Source of the DNA: Macrostomum lignano
Lineage: Eukaryota
NCBI GenBank assembly: GCA_002269645.1
Contig: NIVC01004425.1
Span: 1-46,520, forward strand
Length of the DNA: 46,520 bases
Direction of reading: 5' to 3'
Under the pieces are notes generated by a model, which did no database searches, had not been told where the DNA came from, and saw nothing but the letters and a program-made list of their open reading frames with translations. The first letter of the stretch is position 1. Each line of letters opens with the position of its first letter. Of this stretch, positions 25,091 through 33,530 are shown in pieces. The translations under genes were made by a program, and so were the position numbers.

Positions 25091-28000
25091 GACAGACAAA
25101 CAACACGTCAACTTTAGTATATATAGATTTTCAATACGCTGTGGCAGTTAGAAATTGAACCCCCATCTGTTGGGGGCATTGAACCAAAAAATGAGTACAA
25201 TCTTTGCATAAAGCTAAAAGTATGGAAATAGTTTTTTTGATGCTGCTCTTTTAGTCTTTATATTAAAAGCTAACAATTTATATCCTCGAACTCAGCGTTG
25301 CAAGATCTTTTCAGCAGTATAAGTCTCTTCTCTTAAAGTTTAGAACTCGAAGAGCAGTTAGCGTTTGAAAGTTTCCGTTTTAAAGCATTAAAATATCGAG
25401 TGTATGTTCACTGCCTGCCAAAGAGGCTCGCAAGTTGATTCATTCATTACACAGGCCGGCTATTACACAGGGCAGCGTATTGAAAGGCACAGATAATAAA
25501 ACAAATTGATGGTGCAACCGATTTCACAGTCAGTCAGTATCAGTCTCAGTTAAAGTTAACAAAAACATTGCGCAATCTAAATCAACCCTCCAATACACAG
25601 CAGCAGTGAGAAGTTGAACCCTCCCCCCAACTTTATCTATTACGTCTCGCAAAACTGAGCACAATTTTTGCAGAAAGTTAAAAGCATGGAAATAGTTTTT
25701 TCAATGCTGTGCTTTTTCTTTTTATATTTAAAGCAAACAACTTATATCCCCGAACTCAGCGTTGCAAGATCTTTCCAGCAATATAAGTTTCTCCTCTGAA
25801 AGTTTAAAACTCGAGGAACAGTTAGCGTTTGAAATTTACCAATTTCCCGCTGACTTGCTAGAGAAGCTCGCAAGTTTATTCATTGAATTTCACTGCCAAA
25901 CTAATACACAGGGCTGATAATAAAAAATGAACCAATTGAATCAGTTGATTGTGCAATATATTTCTGTGTTAGTCAGTATCAGTTTCAGTTAAAGTTAACA
26001 AACAGATGGCGCAATCTAAATCAACCCTCAAATACACACCGACCGACCTCCTAACTGTTGGGGGGGGGGGGTCGGTCGAACGCCATTGAAATCCTAAAAT
26101 GAGTACAATCTTTGCAGAAAGTTTAAAGTATGGAAATAGTTTTTGCAATGCAGAGCTTTTAGTTTTCATATTTAAAGCAAACAATTTATATCCCTGAAAT
26201 CAGCTTTGCAAGTTCTTTCCAGCAATATAAATTTTTTCTCTCAAAGTTAAAAACTCGAGCAACAGTTTGCGTTTGAAACTTTCTGATTTAAAGCATTGAA
26301 ATATCGATTGTACGTTCACTGCCTGCTAATTTAAATGTCCAACAAATACACAGGGCTGCCCATTGAGAGGCAGGAAAACTTATCAGTAGCATATCATTGC
26401 GCAATTATCTATACAGTCAGCCAGTGAGCCAGGGTCCGATTGTACACAGGCAGCCATTTAGAACGCCCCATCCCCCCACTGGAGAGAAAATACACTGCAG
26501 AGATAGGGAAAAGTTGTGGCGCAATCACTTGAAATTCATGCAAATTTTCAGCTCCAAGCAGAAAGAGGGGACAATTAAGATTATCAAAGGTCAAGACCGC
26601 CGTTTTCTGCTTTTTTGAGGATCTTAGAAATTAAAATTTCAGAATTAAAATAGCCTATAGCCGACCTCGGATAATTTCCAATCTTCCCATATAAGTTTCA
26701 ACGCTGAGTTGCCACTATTCAAGGAGGAGTTGTCGAAATGACACACACACACACACACACACAGACAGACAGACAAACAACACGTCAACTTTAGTATATA
26801 TAGATACGAGTGGAACTCCTCCTTCGGAGGAGAAAGGGGAAGAACTCCCATCACCGGAATTCTATTCCCTGAAATATCCATCAACTGAAATTCCATGTCT
26901 TTTACCCTATCTTCCAAATCGTCTCCAAATTCTTTACAAAATCTTTCAAAGACCATAGCTCAAAGACTCTCAAGTCTCTCATATCTCCTCTCTCCTCTCT
27001 CTCATCTCATCTCTACCCCTGCTCCCTTATTTATCTCTTCTCCCTCGTCTTTCGTCTGTACCTTCTCCTGTCTTCTGTCTCCTCTCTTCACTCTTATCTC
27101 TCCCTCTTCTCTCCTCTCTCATATGTCATCTCTCCTTACTTATCTATCGTCTCTCTTAACCCTCTCTCTCTTCTCTTTTCTCTCCTATCTGCTTCTCATT
27201 TCTCATATCTCATATACGCTCTCACACTCTACTTTCTTGTCTCCCATCTTTCTTTCCTCCTTACCACTATCCCTGTCTCTTCCCTTCTCTCTTTTCTATC
27301 CTCTCCATTCTCTCTTCTCTCCTCTCCTTTCTCCTTTCATCTTCTCCCCTCTCTTCTCTAATCTCTCATCTCTTCTCTCTTATGTTCTCACTCATCTCTT
27401 TTTATCGCATCTCTCATCTCTCCTCTCCTCATTACTTTCCTTCTCTTAACTCTCTTATCTCTGATCTTTCATCTCTTTCCTCTCTCCTCTCTCTCTTCTC
27501 CTCTCGCTTCTCTCTCTCCTCTCTCTCCTCTCATCTATACTACCTTATTTATATCTTCTCCCTGGTCTTTCGTCTCTACTCTCTCCTGTCTCATTTCTCC
27601 CCTCTTTTCTCCTCTCTTCTCTCTCCCCTCCTCTCTTATCTCTCATCCCTCATCTCACTCCTTCTTTCTCCTCTACTCTCCCCTCTTTTCTATTACCTCT
27701 GTACGCTCTTATCCCTCATTTCTATTCTCTCTTCTATCATCTCTCTTGTCTCCCTCTGCTATCTCATATCTCCCCTTTCGTCTCCTCTCTCCTCTTCTCT
27801 TCTCTCTCCTTCGTTCCCGCCTTACTCCCCTCTTCTTTCCCATCTGTCATGTCTAATCTCTCGTCTCATTTCTACTCTGTTTTCTATCATCTCATCTCAT
27901 CTCTCTTCTCTTTTCATTCTTCTCTTTACTCTCTTCTCTGACTGATTGAAGATGCCAAATCCATCAAGATCCTCTCCGCAAAGCAGAAAAATCCTGTCCG

Positions 28001-28929
28001 TGCAACTGAAAACCATCGAAATCCTCTCCGTGAAACTGGACTCCTTCGAAATCCTCTCCTTGAAACTTAAATCCATCAAAATGGTCTCCATAAAACAGAA
28101 ATCAATCATAAATTATCTCCGCGAAACAGATATCCTCTCCATGAAGCTGAACATCATCGAAATCCTCTCCACGAAACAGAAATCCTCTTCGTCAAAATTA
28201 AAACATTGAAATCGTCTCCGCTAAACTTGACTTAATCGAATTTTTTCCGTCAAACAACTCAACTCGCCAGATTCATTAGGGTTAGGGTTAGGGTTAGGGT
28301 TAGAACTACGCACAGCTTCGTGTTAAAAGGCACAGATAAAAATATTGAACTAATTGAATCAATTCATTGCGCAACCGATTTCACAGTCAGTCAGTATCAG
28401 CCTTAGGTAAAGTTAACAAAAACATTGCGCAATCTAAATCAACCCTGCAATACACAGCAGCAGTGAGAAGTTGAACCCTCCCCCCAACAATCTTTGCAGA
28501 TTAAAGTACAATCTTTGCAGAAAGTACGTTAAAAGTATGGAAATAGTTTTTCAAATGCTGTGCTTTTTTCATATTTAAAGCAAACAACTTATATCCCCGA
28601 ACTCAGCGTTGCAAGATCTTGCCTGCAATATAAGCTTCTCCTCTCAAAGTTTAAAACTCGAGGAACAGTTAGCGTTTGAAACTGTCTGATTTATAGCATT
28701 GAAGTATCGAGAGTACGTATCGATAATATATGATAATATACGTATCGAGAATACGTATATTATCAGTAGCCATATCATTGCGCAATTATCTATACAGTCA
28801 GCCAGTGAGCCAGGGTCCAAGTGTACACACGCAGCCACTGAGAACGCTCCCACCCCCCACTGGAAAGAAAATACACTACAGAGATAGGGAAAAGTTGTGG
28901 CGCAATCACTAAAAATTCGTGCATTTTTT

Positions 28930-29172
28930 CAGCTCCAAGCAGAAAGAGGGGACAAATAAGATTATCAAAGGTCAAGATTCAAGTTTTCTGCTTTTTTGAG
29001 GATCTTAGAAATTAAAATTTCAGAATTAAAATAGCCTATAGCCGACCTCGGATAATTTCCAATCTTCCCATATAAGTTTCAACGCTGAGTTGCCACTATT
29101 CAAGGAGGAGTTGTCGAAATGACAGACACACAGACAGACATACAGACAAACAACACGTCAACTTTAGTATAT

Positions 29173-29177
<5 letters not shown>
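28930..29177 (-). mobile_element. Outermost 5'-terminal module of the Helitron-like array (TC start, (TGTC)n microsatellite)
   Basis: Last copy of the conserved terminal module, followed by (TAGA)10 at 29174-29213 and then unique DNA. Confidence 0.65.
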
Positions 29178-29213
<36 letters not shown>

Positions 29214-31428
29214 GAAGAGAAGACTAACTAAAGTCAATTCGGGGTCAGTTATTGCTATAGTTTTCAAATCTCCTTAAATAATGTCTACTTGAAAAAATAC
29301 AAAATAAACAATGTCAATAGACAATAGGAAAATTATATGATATGGAGTGAGGCAATTTTGTAAGGAGTTTAATTGAAAAAAGTAAATGGATATATAAAAA
29401 ACTTTCAATGTATATAATTAATAACACAAAAAAAGAAAGTAAAATTCTTTCTTTTCGGAAATAGGACCTGCATGTAGGACTTGGTTTATTCATAAATTTA
29501 AAGCATTAGGTAAGCTATTTTATAAATTTTCTAGGCTTACTTTAGCTAGCAGCTAAGTTGTAGTTTATAGCATGCTTTTTATAATCTCTACAGTTCTTAC
29601 ACTATAGAGCGCTATTTATACCTCTGTTATTTCTTGTTACTTACGTAAATTTAACATGTAACACATGGACCAGCTTATTTATTGATAAAAGCGTAATAAA
29701 ATTTCATTAAATGATAATTATTGCAGTTTAGGAAATACTTGCGCCACAAAGTGACATTAACATACGCAATCTCAAGATTACATTCTGCTTAGTTTGAACG
29801 CTTCTTCCGTTTGACATATTTGTTTCTGACAAGAAAGGTCAAGCAAAACAACTGCATAAGTAAGTGAAAAATAAGTGAATTCTCACAGTTTAAATTGTCG
29901 ATACTTGTATTTTGTTTACTCCTTGTCGTGTGTAACTAGAGCAACGTGCTATTAAAACCAATCAGGTTCAACTTAAGCAAGCTCCAAATAAGTTTTTGCG
30001 GTGCATTGGAACAATTTTTTGTTTCATTTAAGTCAAAGATTCCAGTAATTAATTCCATCCATTATACTTTTTCGACATGTCAACCGACACGTTTCATTTT
30101 GCTTTCCAGTTTTTTACTTCTGCATTCTGCCAACCTAGATATTAAAGCCTAGATATTGGAGAGCATTCTTTATTTCTTTTTTAACCTAAATGTATGCAGA
30201 TGAGACTTGTCTTCACGATATAGATGGGCACGTGGTGTTACATGAAATGATGTACATTTTGGATTAGTTCGCGCTTTCCCATATTTTTACAATGCAATTA
30301 CGTAGTAGTAACCGTCGCATGCATAATTTGTCGCTATGCGACTTTAAAGACAAAGATTCAGCTTTGATAGATTTGATGAAGTTATGTAATGATGAAATAC
30401 ATGTACTATAAGCCGCGATTTTAGGCTGGATGCTTAATTTTATATGTAAGAGCGTAAATGGATGTCACTACTGACGCGGTAGGGCACAGCTTTAACACTC
30501 GATTATCTTAGAAATGAGCTGGAGAGGTCGCGGTAAGGAACGTATTTATTCATTATTCTATCGTATTGCTAGTGCATCTATACTATACTATCAATAGAAG
30601 AACAGATACTTCTCGACCAAAGTCGTCTATCGGCGATATTATTTATAATTTCAGCTCATACAGGGTATTGTAAAAATATATGTGTACTCAACTCGTAGCG
30701 TAGTACATCTTTCTACTTCAGTTGTTCATGAAGAGATTCATCAAGCTACATATGTACATAAATAGAAAATATTTGTATGCCTTGTAATTTGAATAAGACT
30801 CAAAATTAGCAAAAATTTATGCGAAAGATTGGGACAAGAGTACAATAGCATTACAGTAAAAGTACACACGTGTATACGCGAGTATGTCAAAACGTCTGAG
30901 CCAAAAAGTTAATTTATTACATACGCAGCGGTCACCGGCATGACTGCAGCAATAAGCATAGACGTTCATGTACGGAATTTTGTATTATTAGAAACTATAA
31001 AAGTTCCAAGCAGCCTATTCCATGTGTCAGCTTGCGTTGCTCCCAAAAGCATATATGTATATATACATGTACAATCTACATGTAAGCTACTATACATTTG
31101 CGTACACCAAAATTTCCATATCAATTCCCCAAGCTAGACCAAACTTCTGCTGACAGTTTCTCAGTCCACCGCAGCAACTCACATTTGCTATAGGAAAGGC
31201 AAGGGCCTGGCGCGTGCGCTGCATACAACAGTGATCGATTTCTAACCCGCTAATGCACGCACAAGTTTGGAGCGACTAACTCACCACGTACAATTTAGGG
31301 GGGTTGTCAAATCCTGGCCCGTTGTGATCAGAGTTTGCACACGATATTCCAAAGTTAAAACCGACTTTTCTTCCAAATTTTGTCGATAGCATTGAATAAC
31401 GCAGAGGCAAATTGAGTATTAAGCAAGT

Positions 31429-32556
31429 CAAGTTTGTGTCCGTAGCTTGAAACTTGCGTGTCCTTAGGTGTCAAGTTTGTGTCCTTAGCTTGAAACTTGC
31501 ATATCCTTAGGTGTCAATTTTGTGTCCTTAGCTTGAAACTTGCGTGTCCTTAGGTGTCAAGTTTGTGTCCTTAGCTTGAAACTTGCATATCCTTAGGTGT
31601 CAATTTTGTGTCCTTAGCTTGAAACTTGCATATCCTTAGGTGTCAATTTTGTGTCCTTAGCTTGAAACTTGCATATCCTTAGGTGTCAATTTTGTGTCCT
31701 TAGCTTGAAACTTGCGTGTCCTTAGGTGACAAGTTTGTGTCCTTAGCTTGAAACTTGCGTCCTTAAGTTGTCAAGTTTGTGTCCTTAGCTTGAAACTTGC
31801 GTCCTCAAGTTGTCAAGTTTGTGTCCTTAGCTTGAAACTTGCGTCCTTAAGTTGTCAAGTTTGTGTCCTTAGCTTGAAACTTGCATATCCTTAGGTGTCA
31901 ATTTTGTGTCCTTAGCTTGAAACTTGCGTGTCCTTAGGTGTCAAGTTTGTGTCCTTAGCTTGAAACTTGCATATCCTTAGGTGTCAATTTTGTGTCCTTA
32001 GCTTGAAACTTGCATATCCTTAGGTGTCAATTTTGTGTCCTTAGCTTGAAACTTGCGTGTCCTTAGGTGACAAGTTTGTGTCCTTAGCTTGAAACTTGCG
32101 TCCTTAAGTTGTCAAGTTTGTGTCCTTAGCTTGAAACTTGCGTCCTTAAGTTATCAATTTTGTGTCCTTAGCTTGAAACTTGCATATCCTTAGGTGTCAA
32201 TTTTGTGTCCTTAGCTTGAAACTTGCGTGTCCTTAAGTTGTCAAGTTTGTGTCCTTAGCTTGAAACTTGCGTCCTTAAGTTATCAAGTTTGTGTCCTTAG
32301 CTTGAAACTTGCGTCCTTAAGTTGTCAAGTTTGTGTCCTTAGCTTGAAACTTGCATATCCTTAGGTGTCAAGTTTGTGTCCGTAGCTTGAAACTTGCGTG
32401 TCCTTAGGTGTCAATTTTGTGTCCTTGGCTTGAAACTTGCGTGTCCTTAGGTGTCAAGTTTGTGTCCTTAGCTTGAAACTTGCGTGTCCTTAGGTGTCAA
32501 GTTTGTGTCCTTGGCTTGTAAATTACGTGTCATTTGGTGACAAGTTTGTGTCCTTA
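31429..32556. repeat. 42-43-bp minisatellite, about 26 copies (CAAGTTTGTGTCCTTAGCTTGAAACTTGCGTGTCCTTAGGTGT)
   Basis: Contiguous tandem units in three sequence variants, with no spacers. Confidence 0.95.
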
Positions 32557-33278
32557 GGAGCCAAGACATTGATTTGATTTCGCATGTAAATAGCATCATT
32601 TTCGCTCTCACGTGCGCGTGAACTTGTGTTTTATGCTCAGTGTACAATCGCTAGTGTACATTGCAAAATCAAATATAAAATATCTCACTTGGCTTTAGCC
32701 ACTTCGTGTTTTCTCGGACTAGCTCAAACCTGCCTTTGGCCTAGTTTACACGCATAACAAAATTATGCATGAAAAATGTCAGTTATGGTCGAGAAAAGAA
32801 AAACAGAAAAACAGTCTTAAAGACAGAAAAATATTGAATATATAATTTTTTTAATCATCATTCTTTCCACAATAACTTGCCTTGCATCACGTCAGCTTTA
32901 TATTAGTAGAGCAACCCAACAACGAAGCCTTAGAGACAAGAACAAACCATATTTTGGGTGCCAAATTTGGGACAAAGATGTGCATTGCGGATTCCACAAA
33001 CCCCGAAGATATTCCTCTCAAAGTTAAATATTTTTTGCAAGAGACAAAGGCCGCATCACCAAATAGTTCTAATTCTCTGTTGTTTTCTTTTCAAAAAATA
33101 TTTTGTCAGATAATTTTATCACTACAAAATCATGAAGTTTACGTAGACTTATATTACGGCAGCTTTGCTCGAGCTGAATCAACTAACAATGATTCCTTCG
33201 TGCCAAAAACCGATACACCCTCAGTTTCTGTTTTAAGTTAGCCAACGAACCCGGTTGCGCAATTGAATACGCAACTTT

Positions 33279-33530
33279 TCACAGCTTGTCCAGGAACCGG
33301 TCCAGCGGCGGGATGCCCTCCTGCAGGCCCTTGCGCTTGCGCGTGTCTATCACGATCTGGCTGGGCTTGGTGCCGGCGGTCAGCGGGTCGCCAGGCATCA
33401 CCTGCCAATGGTCGAACACGCACTGGGGGAAGGCCTGGCCGCCTGTGGCCTGGCGCAGATCCGAGGTGAAGCCGAAGCTCTCGTTAACTGGCAGGTGGGC
33501 CTTCACGATAAACATCGGGGTGCCGGTCAC
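33279..33530 (-). CDS. EEF2: eEF2 exon 6 (VTGTPMF...FLDKL*)
   Basis: Acceptor GAACAG|GTG, stop TGA at 33279-33281. Confidence 0.97.
   Translation of the reverse strand: MTGTPMFIVKAHLPVNESFGFTSDLRQATGGQAFPQCVFDHWQVMPGDPLTAGTKPSQIVIDTRKRKGLQEGIPPLDRFLDKL

Larger units (their letters stand above)
1..29213 (-). mobile_element. Tandem head-to-tail array (about 12 units, 1.5-3.9 kb) of a composite non-autonomous Helitron-like element; continues beyond the left edge
   Basis: A conserved ~240-bp module recurs ending near 1554, 3038, 5713, 7219, 9808, 12583, 16483, 19695, 21907, 25127, 26804 and 29177. On the minus strand it reads (TC)TATATATACTAAAGTTGACGTGTTGTTTG(TCTG)n...GAAACTTATATGGG...CTATAGGCTATTTT, which matches the Lep1-type Helitron 5'-end architecture as I recall it. 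Most copies abut a hairpin plus CTCG end. No Rep/Helicase ORF is present. Confidence 0.7.

Noticed and set aside
12186-26618. Recurrent 73-aa (MRNCLYSQ...) and 61-aa (MTFDNLNC...) ORFs
   Set aside because: They start at TTG or alternative codons and recur only because the repeat is young; diverged copies are frameshifted and there is no Rep/Helicase similarity.
3170-27945. Many long Leu/Ser-rich ORFs (up to 396 aa) and Arg/Glu-rich antisense ORFs
   Set aside because: They are artefacts of the CT tracts, which lack stop codons; frames are not conserved between units.
72-28209. ORFs with 10-aa periodicity (KLNIIEILSV / RNPLRETEHH) resembling an LRR-like repeat protein
   Set aside because: They are translations of the 30-bp minisatellite; copies differ by frameshifting indels and have no consistent start or stop.
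1-29213. rDNA intergenic spacer, retrozyme/hammerhead array or telomeric retrotransposon
   Set aside because: No rRNA sequence, no CUGANGA...GAAA core found by eye on either strand, and no RT ORF or poly(A)-type ends. An Infernal search would be needed to exclude ribozymes formally.
32882-33241. 119-aa plus-strand ORF downstream of eEF2
   Set aside because: AT-rich, TTG start, no host codon bias; it overlaps the eEF2 3' UTR and flank.
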